From contig NC_067400.1 in NCBI RefSeq assembly GCF_016432865.1, positions 624,526,001 through 624,590,000 of the forward strand: DNA of 64,000 nt. Reading direction: 5' to 3'. Positions 48,011-61,280 of the stretch are shown piece by piece. This stretch comes from Antechinus flavipes. Its lineage: Eukaryota. Within the stretch, counting starts at the first letter, position 1, and the number at the start of each line of letters is the position of its first letter. The position numbers were made by a program, and so were the translations under genes. Under the pieces are notes generated by a model. It searched no databases and was not told where the DNA came from. It was given only the letters and a program-made list of their open reading frames with translations.

Positions 48011-48919
48011 TTGCACATGTGCGGGAACCAGAATTCCAAGCAGGTTCAGGCACTCACTAGCTATGTGACCCCAGGCAGGTCACCTAATCCCTATTGCCTC
48101 ACTTTCCTGCTCTGTAAAACAAAAGCACAAGGAGTCACTTTAGGAGTAACAAAACTGCTTGCTTCCCTTTTTCTGCTGTTTTCCTTGCCAAGGAGAATGA
48201 CTTTCCCTCCAAAGATGTCAGCTCCTAAATAGCCAACAGGGATGACTAAAGGGATTCTAAGAAGCTGCTGGGCTCCCCTTGATGAATCCGAGCCCCCGTG
48301 GTCCTGATGGGCTTTTTCCTTGAGTCCTGAGACAAATGGCCCCTGTCAGGGAATATTTGGGAGGTCATCGACAGCCAGAGGAGACCCAAGGTTGGAGAGG
48401 AATGAATGTTCCAGTTTTTTTAAAAGTCTGCAAAGGAGTGATCTCTGCTTTTGATGCGCACGGGAGAACTTGAAATCACGTCAAGGCCTCTGGGTAGACC
48501 GAGGGTTACTCACCCGTCCGAATGGCACCACTGGGTCAGCATCCAGCTGTGGCTGGTCAGAGCGTGATGAGCCCGGGACGGAGCACCACAGGTCACAGAC
48601 AAACAGTCTCTCTAAACCTTTGGGTGGATCTCTCACTTTTTTTGTTAAGCTCAGGCAATTCTGCTTCTCTCATAGAGCGCAGCACTTTCTGAGACGTGTC
48701 TGGACCATGCTGGACAGTCCAGGGACTCTCGTGTCTCGCAGCTGTTCTCGGGATGGGCCTGCTTCTGACCTGCGTGCGGGCGCCTGCTTTGCGAGAGCTC
48801 CCAGAGAGCCGAAATTGGTCTTTTAGGGCCAACGCTCACGTGGCATTCAGACAGCCTGGCCAGGCCTTCGGCCGCATCCTCTGCAGCCTCTGAAGGCTTG
48901 GCAGTTTAGTTTGAGAAAG

Positions 48920-49450
48920 GACCTCATGGACTCACAGGAACTGATGCTGAGGGAAAGGAGCAGAACCAGGAGATCACTGTCCATGGCGAGACTACACGAT
49001 GATCAGTTCTGACAGACAGGGCTCTTTCCAACAGTGAGATGATTCCGGCCAGTTCCAATGGTCTGGTGATGGAGAGAGCCGTCTACACCCAGAGGGAGGC
49101 TGGGGACTGAGTGTGCACCACAACAGAGCATTCTCACTCCTTTTGTTGTTGTTTGCTCGCATTTTCTTTTCTTTCTCTTTTTTTTCCTTTTTGATCTGAT
49201 TCTTCTTGTGCAGCGAGATAATTCTATAAATACATACGCCTATGTTGGATTTACATATATTTTGCCATGTTTAACATATATTGGATTACTTACCATCTAG
49301 GAGAGGGGGTAGAGGGGAGGGAGGAATTAGAACACAAAGTTTTGCAAAGGTCTGTGGTGAACAATTATTGTTGCATATGTTTTTGAAAATAAAAGGCTTC
49401 AATATAAATAATCCACATATAAAGAAAATTAAAATTAAAAAATAAAAGAG
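48920..49450 (+). mobile_element. L1 3' end
   Basis: GGAACTGATGCTGAG...CCATCTAGGAGAGGGG...TTTGAAAATAAAA, same family as 46600-46840. Confidence 0.85.
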
Positions 49451-50229
49451 AGAGAGAAAGGACCTCATTGTATTTTATCCCGATTCAGAATCTTCCCAAG
49501 ACCGTTGGAATGGAAGCCATTCAGTTTCCTGACATGGCGCTGGTAGACTGTCCAACTTTCACAGAAATACAATGAGGGCAGCACAATGGCTCTGTGGCCT
49601 TCAGTCTAATACCTCTTCTTTTCCCCACTTCCCTTCGGAGCTTCCCAAGCACTGAGCTAGTTCTGGCAACACGTGTGTCAGTCTCATGATCAGTGTGGAC
49701 ATCCCTGAAAAGTATACTGCCCAAGTAAGGGAACTTATTCACAGTCTTTAGAGTTTCTCCATTTGCTGTAACTAGTTTCCGTTTATGCATGGTGTGGTGC
49801 TGGCCAGTGGAGAAACGGCTTTCTTGACATTAATAGTCAGGCCAAAATTAGCACATATTCTGAGCATTTATTCAGCATACTCTGTTGCATTTCAGCCTCA
49901 GAGACTGCAAAATGCACAATCATCTGCAAACAAAAGGTCACATATCAACTCTCCCTCCAGCTTAGTCTTTGGCTGATAATCTCTCCAAGTTAGAAAATTG
50001 ACTACCAGTGCAGCAGCTGACATTAATGCCATTTTTAACCTTGTTGAATGTGTCCAACAACATCACGGAAAACATCACGCTAAGAAGCATAAAAATAAGC
50101 TCCCAGATCCACTTGGTGACTGGTAAAGTGTTAGAACTTTGTCCAGTGGTCGTTAACTCAAGCTAGTGTGCTGTCATGAAACTTTTAAAAAAGAAATATT
50201 AAATAATTAATGTTTTTATTTTTATTCTT

Positions 50230-51760
50230 TTTAATTTTTATTTTCTCCAGTTACACATAGAAACAGTTTTTTCCTGATTATACATGTATATATATATATA
50301 TTTTACACAATTCCTTATGAATTATGTTGGGAAAGAAAAATCAGAACAAAAAGGAAAAACATAAGAAAAAAATTTTAAAAATCAGAACAAAAAGGAAAAT
50401 CATAAGAAAAAAACTTAAAAAGAACAGAAGAAAAAGGAAAAAAAAGTGAACATAGCATGTGTTGATTTACATTTAGTCTCCTTAATTCTTTGGATGAAGA
50501 TGGCATTTTCCACCCAAAATTTATTGGGATTTCCTTGGATCATAGAACCACTGAGAAGACCCAAATCTTTTACAGTTGATTGTCACACAATCTTGCTGTT
50601 ACTATGTACAATATATTCCTGCTTCTGCTAGTTTTGCTCTGCATTGGTTTGTAAATCTTTCCAGGCCTTTCTAAAATCAGTTTGTTCATCATTTTTTTAT
50701 AAAATATAATATATCACATAATTCTAGTTATATAATTAATACTATATGTAATAATTATAATATAATACATATAATATGTTATTATTATGTAATATTCCAT
50801 CCATACTTTCATATACATGAACTGTTGCTGAGTGAAATGAGCAGGACCAGGAGATCATTATACACTTCAACAACAGTACTATATGATCATCAATTCTGAT
50901 GAACATGGCCCTCTCCAGCAATGAGATGAACCAAATCAGTTCCATTTGTTCAATAATGAAAAGAACCAGCTACACCCAGCAAAAGAACTCTGGGAAATGA
51001 ATGTGAACCACTACATAGAATTCCTAATCCCTCTACCCTTGTCTGCCTGCATTTTTGATTTCCTTCTCAGGTTAATTTTATCTTATTTCAAAGTCCAATT
51101 CTTCTTGTGCAGCAAAATAACTGTATGGACACGTATATATATATATATTGGATTTAACATATACGATAAAATATTTGACATGTATGGGACTATCTGCCAT
51201 CTGGGGGAGGGGGTGGGGGGAAGGAGGGGAAAAGTTGGAACAGAAGGTTTTGCAATTGTCAATACTGAAAAATGCATATGTCTTGTAAATAAAAAGCTAT
51301 AATAATAATAATAATAATAAAAGAGCTGCTACAAATATTTTTGGCTATTTCCTTGGGATATAGACCCAGTAATGGCACTGCTGGATCAAAGGTATGCACA
51401 GTTTTCTAGCCTTTTGGGCTTAGTTCCAAAATTGCTCTTCAAAATGGTTGGATCACTTCACAACTCTACCAACAATGTTTTTTTAATCTTTTTCTGTCAT
51501 CTTAGCCAACCTGAGAGGTGTGAGGTGGTACATCAGAGTTGTTTTAATTTGGATTTTTTAATCAATAGTGATAGAGAACATTTTTTCATATGACTATAGA
51601 AAGCTTTAATTTCTTTGTCTGAAAATTGTGTTCGTATCTTTTAACAATTGGGGATTCTTATAAATATAATATAAATACCTCTAAATTCTTATAAATTTGA
51701 CACAGCTCTTTACATATTTTAAAAATAAGGACTTTATCAAAAATACTGGCTGTGACATAC
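50230..51760. mobile_element. Cluster of L1 3' fragments in both orientations, nested in the RTE
   Basis: 50830-51320 (+) ends in AATAAAAAG-(AAT)n. The flanking segments match L1 3' and ORF2 sequence on -. Confidence 0.75.
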
Positions 51761-53124
51761 AATACTGATGGATTTCTCCAGGCACCCATATTTTGCATGA
51801 CTTTCACAAACTCTCATGATTGACAAAGGCCTTTGTCACAATGACAAACCTCATGTACAGACTTCTATTCTGCTCTTGGCATTTCTCCTGGAGTTGTTGA
51901 GCAGCAAACACCATGTCAACTATTTCTTGGCCCTTTCTGAAGCCACACTGGCTCTAGAATAGATGACCTTCTTCCAGATGATGGCAAGAATCTTGCCGAC
52001 AATTACTAAGATCAAAAACCATCCCCTTCCTCCTGTAACTGTCACAGGACAATCTATTTCCTTTGCCTTTATGGCAATCCTTGAATGCAAATGAAGGCAT
52101 CCTTGAATTCCTGGGGTATAATCTCCTCTTGTACATAATCTGGAAGATTTCAACTAAATTTTTTTTTATGTAACCTTTATTTTATTTTACATTTTTTCAA
52201 GTAACAAGAATTCAGTTTTCTTTCTTTTTTTAATTTTAGCTTTTAATTTTTAAAATATATACATGGATAATTTTCAAAATTCACCCCTACAAAACCTGTG
52301 TTCTAATTTTTTTCCCTCCCCTTTCCCCACCCCTTTCCCCAATAGGCAAGTGATCCAATATATGTTAACCATGTGTATGCAATTCTTTTATAAATATTTC
52401 CACAAAGATCATACTGCGCAAGAAAAATCAGATTGAAAGAGGAAAAAAAAAAAGAGAAAGAAAACAAAATGCAAGGAAAAACAACTAAGAGAGTGAAAAT
52501 AATACATTGTGATCCACACTCAGTTCCCACAGCCTCTTTCTAGGTGCACATGGCTCTTCATCACAGGTCTATCAGAACTGCTCTGAATCATATCATTGTT
52601 GGAAAGAGCCACGTCCATCAGAATTGATCATTGAATAATCTTGCTGTTGCCATGTACAATGATCTCCTGGTTCTGCTCATTTCATTCATCATCAGCTAGC
52701 TTTTATATAAGCAGTAGACCCTTTTGCCCTGTAAATCTCAGCTGGAATAGGATTAGCATAAGGTTCTTTGCCACCCCAGAAGAATCTAATGGCATTCACA
52801 ACTTCTTTTTCAACTGGAAGTTTGGCTAGAGAGTGATTGACATCCACCTGAGAGCAATGAAGAGCAATTGGTGGGTTCAGCATTGATTACTCTTTCACAG
52901 AAGAGTTCAACCCATTTCTCTAAGATCATGTCCTTATCACTAATCAATGTGGCTCCATCAGCATTGAGTAGTTGAGATGCACCATACACCATTGGCTCAT
53001 AAATAGCTTTCATGGGATCAAAAAAGTACTTTGGAGTATTACTATCATTGTAAAACTGAATGTCATCTGACTCCTTACTAATCCAAGAATCCTGTATCTC
53101 TCTTAAGCTTCACTTGTACTTTAC

Positions 53125-53250
53125 TTTTTTTCTTTTTTGCTGAGGCAACTGGGATTAAATGACTTTCCCAGGTCACACAGCTAAGAAATGTTAAGTATCT
53201 GAGGCCAAATTTGAACTCAGGTCCTCCACTGTGCCGTCTAGCTACCCCTT
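53125..53250 (-). mobile_element. WSINE1-like SINE
   Basis: T-tail, GCTGAGGCAACTGGGATTAAATGACTT...TTTGAACTCAGGTCC...CTAGCTACCCCT. Confidence 0.8.
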
Positions 53251-54971
53251 GCACTTTACTTTTGATGAAGTTAAATATTGCCTTCTTAGAGATGGATGAA
53301 TTACCCTGCGGGTACACCCTGTAGAGTTCTCATTTTTTTAATTTAGCAGCTTCTGAATTTCCCCATCATTTTCAGCAAGCCAGCTTTGATGTTTGCATGT
53401 GTTCTGACCCAGATGAGTAAATCTGAAAAGCTGCCCACTCTTTTTCCGCTCCACAGTTGCCAACTGTGTGTTTGCTTAGCTTTTTGTCCAAGGTAGCAAC
53501 AAAGTGGATATCTATGCAGAAGCACTTTAATCTTTTGATGTTAAGTTTTCTAATGATCATCATGCCTTAGAGCCTTCATTTTTGCTGAATCTTCAGCTTT
53601 GCTGAATTTCGGCTTGGAGATGATAAGTCTATGGTCAGTCCAGCACTCTGCGCCTCACATTTTCTTGCTCATGCTCACCTCCTGTCTGTCTCTTCTTCTT
53701 TCAATCATATAGTCCATTAAATGCCAGTGTCGCAAGAAGTTTTATTGCATTTAGATACAAGGAAGACAGTACTGGTGATGAGAAGGTCTTGAGCTGCATG
53801 AGTCTTCAATAGTAAGTGACCATTGTTGCTGCTGCTGTTTCCAACACCATTCCTCCCAAGGACTCCCGGCCATGTCTGGTACCTACTCTAAAACTACAGT
53901 TATATGTATAGGATTGTTTGCCATCTGGGGGAGGAGGTGGAGGGAAGGAGGGGAAAAATTGGAACAGAAGTGAGTGCAAGGGATAATGCTGTAAAAAATT
54001 ACCCTGGCATGGGTTCTGTCAATAAAAAGTTATTAAAAAATAAAATACTGTTCAAAAAAAACACTAAAATTATAAGTTTGTTGTTTGGGGGCACATGAGA
54101 CATAATAAGGTTCTGCTGGTGTGGATAAAATTATTATTTGACTTCATCAGGGTTCGTCATGATGGAAGATGGTGATTTTTCTTGCAAGGGAAACCTTGCA
54201 TTATCATGAGCTTATTATTCACTCCTTTCAAACTTGTGAACTTGTTTACTAGATTTGTTTTAATTGCAAAACCTACACCAGCTTCACAGCACTCCACTTC
54301 ACTGCAGCTACTCCAGAAAACCGTGTGCCCAGTTCCTACTTCAGTAAGCTAGCCTTCATCTGCCAGCCTTGTTTGACTCAGGGCTGCTCTTTGGATGTAA
54401 CATCTGTTGAGTTCTTTCGCAATGAGAGCAATTTGTTTTTCAGTTCTATTAGATTTTGTCTTGCCCGTAAGTGTCCACTCATTCCATTGTGTTGAGGCAA
54501 AGTAGAGCCACCTTTGCAGAAATTTTTATCCATTTTTTTGTGTTTTGATCTCCAGATAGGATGATCTCTGCCTGCCATGGTCAATAGACTAGGGTTGCGT
54601 AAGCAGGCAATTTTAGGGCACCTTTTCTAGCCCCTCAACCCTCATGCATTCAAGGGAATATAATTGTGCCATAAGAGGAATCATTTTAGAAGAAATTGGG
54701 AGCATCTTTATAAACTGATGCAGAGCAAAGTGAGCAGAACTAGAACAATTATGCAGTGATAACAACATTACCTAGAAAAGCAACTCAGCAAGACTTCAGA
54801 ACCCTGACCAATCCAGAATATTAATGCATCGCTTACCTGCTGCCAGGGAGGTGATGTCCTTGAGATGCAGAGACATGACATTTTGCCGTGGGCTATTTGA
54901 ATTTATTTTGTCAGGCTATGAGACAAGCAGTGAGTGATTTGTTTAGGGGTATCTTTTTAAATTGCTAAATG

Positions 54972-55118
54972 TAGGGGCAGCTAAGTGGCCCAATGGATAG
55001 AGCACCAGACCTGAAGTCAGGAGGACCTGAGTTCAAATCTGGTATCAGGCACTTAACACTTCCTGGCTATGTGACCCTGGCCAAGTCACTTAACCCCAAA
55101 TGCCTCAGCAAAAATAAA
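54972..55118 (+). mobile_element. WSINE1-like SINE
   Basis: GGGGCAGCTAAGTGGCCCAATGGATAGAGCACC...GAGTTCAAATCTG...GTCACTTAACCCCAAATGCCTCAGC with an A-tail. Confidence 0.85.
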
Positions 55119-55130
55119 TATATTATTTAA

Positions 55131-55469
55131 TGTGGAGGAGTGAGAGTGATAAGAGAAAATGTTCATTATTTGAAAAAAGAATGAAACAAAGACAAATATA
55201 GCTCAGAACGGCCTCTGTTATCAAGCAGGACAAATGGGAAAAATCCAGTTCCCATTTAGACTGTCGATGGCAGCCAGAACCTGTGACTTTAAAGAGAGGT
55301 TTAACCATGGGAAAACTGGCACGTGATCTGGGCCATCCCTGGTACTTGGGTCTGTGCCTTTATAATCCCCGGCTGGTGTGAGGATCCATAAGGTTTCTTT
55401 CTCCTGCTGCTGCCCAGGATGACTGCCCTCTTGCAAATAAACTCCCTCATTAACCTAATAAGTCACAAC
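55131..55469 (+). mobile_element. Possible short solo LTR
   Basis: TG start, TATAAT-like box (~55362), AATAAA (~55436), ends GTCACAACA. No target-site duplication found. Confidence 0.3.
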
Positions 55470-56159
55470 ACAACCTATTACTGACCAAGGAGCCTGGCTC
55501 TCTTTTTCCGGTGTCCCAGCATTCTCTCTGGGTTGTACCCCCTCACGGTTGGCACAGTAGGGCAGCACGGCTCTGCCCCTACAGGTACTGGAACACCCCA
55601 ATCCCACCTTCGATGCCTCCCACTGAACAGACCGCTGGCAGTCTCCGGACTCTGAGATCCTCCTCTCCCAACATCACACCATTTCCCAGGACTTTGTCAA
55701 CCCTGTTCCAGCCTCCGTTTGCGTCTCCTCAGCCCAGTTTCATCCTTGTGGTTGGATAACTAGCTTCCAGGTGTTGCTGGTACTTTAATGGCTTTAATAT
55801 TCCTGGAGAGAGTTGGGTTTGGGGCCAAAGCTCGGGTAGAGGCAACGATGGCCTTCCCATCAGAATTGGAGGTGACACGAGCCGGGCAGATGGGAAACAC
55901 GGGGAGCGGAGAGGTGTCTGAAAGTTGGGGCCAGGGCACTGGGCTGAGCTTAATAAGATGAGAGTCAGTCCAAGTGAATTCCGAGTCTGACACTGAGCCA
56001 CCCAAACCAGGGCAGCCAAGTGGCCCAGAGGGCAGAGTCTGGGGTCAAGAAAACTCAACTTTTTTTGGTTTTTTCTTTGCCTCAATTTGTGTCCTTAGTG
56101 CTCTGCAAAATTCTGGCACAATGTCCTTCTCCAGGTCATTTTACAGATGAAGAAACAGA

Positions 56160-56950
56160 GGCATGCTGGGTTAAAGTATCTCGAATGAGAAAAAGAACAT
56201 ACAATAAATTGCCAGATTTTCAGGATTTTGCTGCAAAAAGACCTGAACTTAAAAGAAAATTTGACATGAAAGATCCAAGAAAACTATAAGGTAAACATCA
56301 AAAACCTAATTACAAGGGACTTAAGGATAAACTGTTGATGTTCTATATGTGGAAATGTAAACTCTATCCTCTAAGATTGTCATTATTAATTGGGTAGTTT
56401 GAAAGAAAGATCGGGGTAGAGTTGAGTAGACCTGATCCTAAAAAGCAAAACCGTGTGGGAAAAAGTAAAAAGAGTCATTATTTTATACAGAGGAGGGCGA
56501 GGAGAAGAACGGACACAGAGGAATTAAATGGGGGAGGAGGGCTGGCAGTTCCGGGATCCTACTCCCATCAGGAACGGGTTAAAGAGGGAACCACAAGTAT
56601 AGCTAGAAAGCTCGATAAGTCTTCTAGATTCAGGAAGAAAGGAAGAGGCTGAGGGCACAGGGAGGGGGGAGGATAAGGAAGAGATTTTTAAGGGAAACTT
56701 CACATCAGGATGAAAGCGAGAGCAACATGTATATCTACAGGGGGATAAATGGCTTCTGAATGCAAAAAGAAATAAGGGTGTGAGGAAATAGAGTAAGGGG
56801 AGGTATGGAAGCTACCTAGATTAGTGGGAACAGGATAAAGGGGCTCATAGCTGGAAAGCCATAAAAATCTTCTAAATTCAGATAGAAACAAGAGAACAAT
56901 GGGAAAGGGAGGGAGGAAAGGATAAGGAAGGGATTGTTGGGATGGGACCA
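56160..56950 (+). mobile_element. L1 ORF1 C-terminal end and inter-ORF spacer
   Basis: DFQDFAAKRPELKRKFD resembles the marsupial L1 ORF1 C-terminus, followed by a purine-rich spacer up to the gap. Confidence 0.65.
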
Positions 56951-57230
56951 NNNNNNNNNNNNNNNNNNNNNNNNNNNNNNNNNNNNNNNNNNNNNNNNNN
57001 NNNNNNNNNNNNNNNNNNNNNNNNNNNNNNNNNNNNNNNNNNNNNNNNNNNNNNNNNNNNNNNNNNNNNNNNNNNNNNNNNNNNNNNNNNNNNNNNNNNN
57101 NNNNNNNNNNNNNNNNNNNNNNNNNNNNNNNNNNNNNNNNNNNNNNNNNNNNNNNNNNNNNNNNNNNNNNNNNNNNNNNNNNNNNNNNNNNNNNNNNNNN
57201 NNNNNNNNNNNNNNNNNNNNNNNNNNNNNN
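56951..57230. other. Assembly gap (280 N)
   Basis: Run of N. Confidence 1.
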
Positions 57231-57495
57231 GAGTGGCAAGGGAGGGAGAGGGAAGAAGAGGGAGACAGACAAAAACAGAAGGAAATGAACCCCATGGAGA
57301 GCTGTTTAGTGCTGTGACATTTGTGATGCTGCCAGAACTTGGACCTCGATCTGGGTTGAGATTGGAGGGCGTGTGCTTACCAAGGAGATTTCCAGAATGC
57401 TTTGGGTGGTCAGCTAGTACAGAGCAGGGGGTCACAGTGGTGAGCTGCCAGGCCATGTATTATTGTATAATAATACACGTATGTGCCCCCCCCCA

Positions 57496-57524
<29 letters not shown>
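57496..57524. repeat. (CA)n microsatellite
   Basis: About 14 CA units. Confidence 0.95.
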
Positions 57525-57526
<2 letters not shown>

Positions 57527-58749
57527 TTTCTTGTCGGGTTATAATCCACCAAAAATGGTCATGAACAAGAAAGGGACATCCCAGATTTGGTCATGAACCT
57601 GCAGAGCAGAGATGAAATATTTGATTATTTAATAATTTCACACGAAACCCCTCTAGTTTTAAGATTCCATTCCCTTTGCTATTGTGAAGGACCTGACATT
57701 CTGTGGTCCGCTCAGTCCTCCTGTACTTCTAATTTCTGGCTCCCTTCCCTGATCATCATTTCAGGCTCCCATTCGTCATATCCATTCTTCCTTCTGGTGG
57801 GTGTCTCTATCTCCTTCCCCCATCCTTCCATGATGTGAACCCCGTTCTTTGTTTTCACACTGTCCATTGTACTTTGCCCCTTCCCCTTGGAAATCCCTCT
57901 ATCTATTTGGAGAATACAGGTCTTGTGGGCTTTATCTTAAGTTGATGAGTGAGGTCATCTGAGGATGTCTCTTTTCACTCCCTTGTAGGAGCGGTACTTC
58001 CACTTCCCTAATATAACCAAGCTTCCTCTTCTCTGGAGGAGTAGTTTCCCTCTCAACCCCATTTCAGGAAAACAGGGAGAAGAAAGGAGGGCGAAGGCCC
58101 TCTAATCCATGCCTGCCAACATTTTATAGCTTCCTTTAAACAAAAATTGTCATTTGCCCAGAAATAAATTGCTCTAAGAAAAAGAGAACCACCAGGGACA
58201 GCATGAGGCTCGATGCCTCGGGAAGTTGTAGGAAAGGATCAATGATTCTCTCAGACTTGAACTCCTAGCCAGAGAATTTCTCTGCAAAATATATAGAGCA
58301 GTTATAAAATTTATTTTCTTGGATTTGTGATAAAAATTGCTATTCACTTCCAGAGAAAGAACGAATGGAATTTTAATATAGATTGAAGCAGCCTTCTTCT
58401 TCTTCTTTTTTTTTTTTAAACTTTATTATTCTTATTTTTTTTTTGTTTTTTTGGTCTGCAGTTTCTTTTGCAACATGGCTAATAAGGAAATGTTTTGCAT
58501 GATTGCACATTTATAATCTATATCAGTTTGCTTGCTTTCTCAATAATGAGAGACAGAGAGAATTTTCTATTCAAAAAAATTGTAATGAATGTTACAAATT
58601 TATGTTTATGTGTAGTTGGAACATTAAAATTAAATGTAAAAAAATTTCTCTCTCCTTGGAACTCTTCTCTGTTGTTTCTCTTTGCTACATTTGTGCAAGG
58701 ATGCACAATAAAGGACAATGTACTTTAACTTAAATTTGTCTTAAAACTA

Positions 58750-61280
58750 ACTTTATCATTTTTAATAATAGCTTTTTATTTTCAAAATACATGCAATAAC
58801 AGTTTTCAATATTCAACCTTGCAAAACTTTGTGTTGCAAATTTTTCTCCCTCCTTTCTCCTACTAGCTTCTTTAGGCAGCAAGTAATTCAATATATGCTA
58901 AATATGTGCAGTTCTATATATATTTTTACAGTTATCTTGCTGCTCAAGAAAAATTTGATCAAAAAGGGGAAAAAATGAGAAAGAAAAAAAGCAAGCAAAC
59001 AACAACAAAAGAGGTGAAAATACTATGTTGTGATCCACACTCAGTCCCCACAGTCTTCTCTCTGGGTGAAGAAGATTCTCTTCATCACAAGACCATTGGA
59101 ACTGGTCTGAATCATCTCATTGTTGAAAAGAGACACGTCCATCAGAATTGATCATCACATAATCTTGTTGTTGCTGTGTACTGTGATCCCCTGGTTCTGC
59201 TCATTTCACTCAGCATCAGTTCCTGTAAATCTCTCCAGGCCTCTCTGAAATCATCCTGCTGGTCGTTTCTTACAGAACAATAATATCCCACAACATTCAT
59301 ATCCCATAACTCATTAAGCCATTCTCCAATGGATGGGCATCCATTCAGTTTCCAGTTTCTGGCCACTGCAAAGAGGGCTGCCACAAACATTTTGGCTCAT
59401 ACAGGCCCCTTTCCCTTCTTTAGTATCTCTTTGGGGTATAAGCCCAGGAGAAATACTGCTGGGTCAAAGGGTATGCACAGTTTGATAACTTTTTGGGCAT
59501 AATTCCAGATTGCTCTCCAGAATGGTTGGATATGTTCACAGTTTCACCCACAATGCATCAGTGTCCCAGTTTTCCCGCATCCCCTCCAACATTCATCATT
59601 ATTTTTTCCTGTCATCTTAGCCAAGCTGACAGATATGTAGTGGTATCTCAGAGTTGTCTTAATTTTCATTTCCCTGATTAATAGTGAGTTAGAGCTCCCT
59701 TTCATATGACTAGAAATGGTTTCAGTTTCTTCATCTGAAAATTGTCTGTTCATCTCCTTTGACCATTTATCAATTGGAGAATGGCTTGTATTTTTATAAA
59801 TTTGGGTCAGTTCTTTATATATTTCAGAATTGAGACCTTGATCAGAACCTTTGGATGTAAATATTTTCCCCCAGTTTTTTGTTTCCCTTCTAATCTTGTC
59901 CGCATTGATTTTGTTTGAACAAAAACTTAAATTTAATATAATCAAAATTATCCATTTTGAATTTCATAATGTTCTCTAGTTCTTCTTTGGCCATAAATCC
60001 TTTCTTCTCCATAGATATGAGGTAGACTATCCCTTCTTCCCCTAATTTGCTTATCATATCACCTTGTATGTCTAAATCATGAACCCATTTGACTTTATGT
60101 TGGTATGTAGTGTTAGGTGTTGGTCAGTGCCTCATTTCTGCCATATTATTTTATAAATTTCCCATCAATTTTTGTCAAATAGTGATTTCTTTTCCCAGAA
60201 GCTGGAATCTTTGGATTTATCAAACACCAGATTACTATAGTAACTTGTGGTGTTCTCTTCTTTTTTATAATATGAGATGGTTCTCTCCGGGAGCAGGTTT
60301 CTCGGGGAGGTTTTCTGGAGGCAGCCTTGTTTTAGTTGAAAGCAATAATCACTTCAAAACGCAGCAGGTGATTAAAATGCAAATGTTTATTTTCTCCTTC
60401 CAAAATAGCCCGGTTAGTTTTTCTTAGAGACCTATCTTTCTGCTTGGTTCCAAGAGCTCTTGCAGTTGTCCTTTGCCTCTGCTTTCTTCAGTCTCCATCC
60501 AGCACCGAGGTGAATGGCATCTGACTCCACCTCTGAGAGCGGGCTTGTGGGCTTCCTTCCAGTGTTCCTCTCCGACCCCTGGCAATGTTTCGAAGTAACT
60601 GACTTGAAGCTCTAAGAGCTTCTCTAGATATGCTCTCCCAAAGGTTGACTCCTCCTCCGAGAGAGTGGGATTGTGGGATCCGAGAGTGGGAATATGGGTT
60701 TCTGGCTTGTGAATCTCATACTGAATACTGACTTGTGAATCTCCCAAAAGTGTGAACTCCAATGAGTACTTAAATACTTCTTGCTTATATGAGCTCTCTA
60801 AAGGTGTGAACACAAGCCTTGTTTCTATCAGTTTCACTTAGTACCTTGTTTCTTCTGGACCATAACATCCCCTTGTAAGATCAGATCAATCATACAGAAC
60901 CATGCTAAATTAGATAATTATTGTCTCTATCAACACTTTATAAGGATTCCAACAGTCATTGACTATTTTGTCCTGTGAACCTAACTTATTCCATTGATGA
61001 TAGCCAGTACCAACTGGTTTAATGACTGCTCCTATAGTTTCAGGTCTGGCACACCTGGGCCGCCTTCATTTGCATTTTTCATTAATTCCCTCGAAATTCT
61101 TGAACTTTTGTTCTTCTGGATAAATTTTGTTATTTTTTTTCTGGCTCTGTAAAGTTCAATTGGCATGGCACTAAATAAGTAGATTAGTTTAGGTAGAATT
61201 GTCATTTTTATTATATTAGCTCAGCCTACCCATGAACAGTTGATATTCTTCCAGTTGTTTAGATTAAACCTTATTTGTGT
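58750..61280 (-). mobile_element. LINE-1 3' portion (ORF2 C-terminal part and 3'UTR), interrupted by a solo LTR
   Basis: ORFs 59544-59945 (HSPIDKWSKEMNRQFS...IREMKIKTTLRYH...DECWRGCGKTGTLMHC) and 59142-59390 (MFVAALFAVARNWKLNGCPSIGEWL). Confidence 0.92.
60246..60954 (-). mobile_element. ERV solo LTR inserted into L1
   Basis: TG...CA ends. The L1 sequence resumes seamlessly across it. Flanks GTAACT / GTCATT (4 of 6 identical, degenerate TSD). TATTTAAG (60769-60776) and AATAAA (60386-60391) on -. Confidence 0.75.

Larger units (their letters stand above)
49490..54600 (-). mobile_element. Degraded RTE-clade LINE, near full-length, interrupted by younger L1 and SINE insertions
   Basis: Collinear remnants on -: endonuclease start (WNEWTL...IALIAKELNR...AALSQTRLADEG*LTEVG...FWS...EAGVGFAIK, ~54480-54250), EN end (GAECWTDHRLI, ~53650), linker (GASQLLNADGATLISDKDMILEKWVELF, ~52950), RT start (PQEFKDA...SQCGFRKGQ, ~52130-51900), C-terminal region (VNKFPYLGSIL...RVARTSSVLGKLRREV..RRGIRL, ~49750-49600). 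Stops and frameshifts throughout. Confidence 0.85.

Noticed and set aside
56700-57544. ORFs spanning 56.7-57.5 kb
   Set aside because: Artefacts of translating the 280-N gap.
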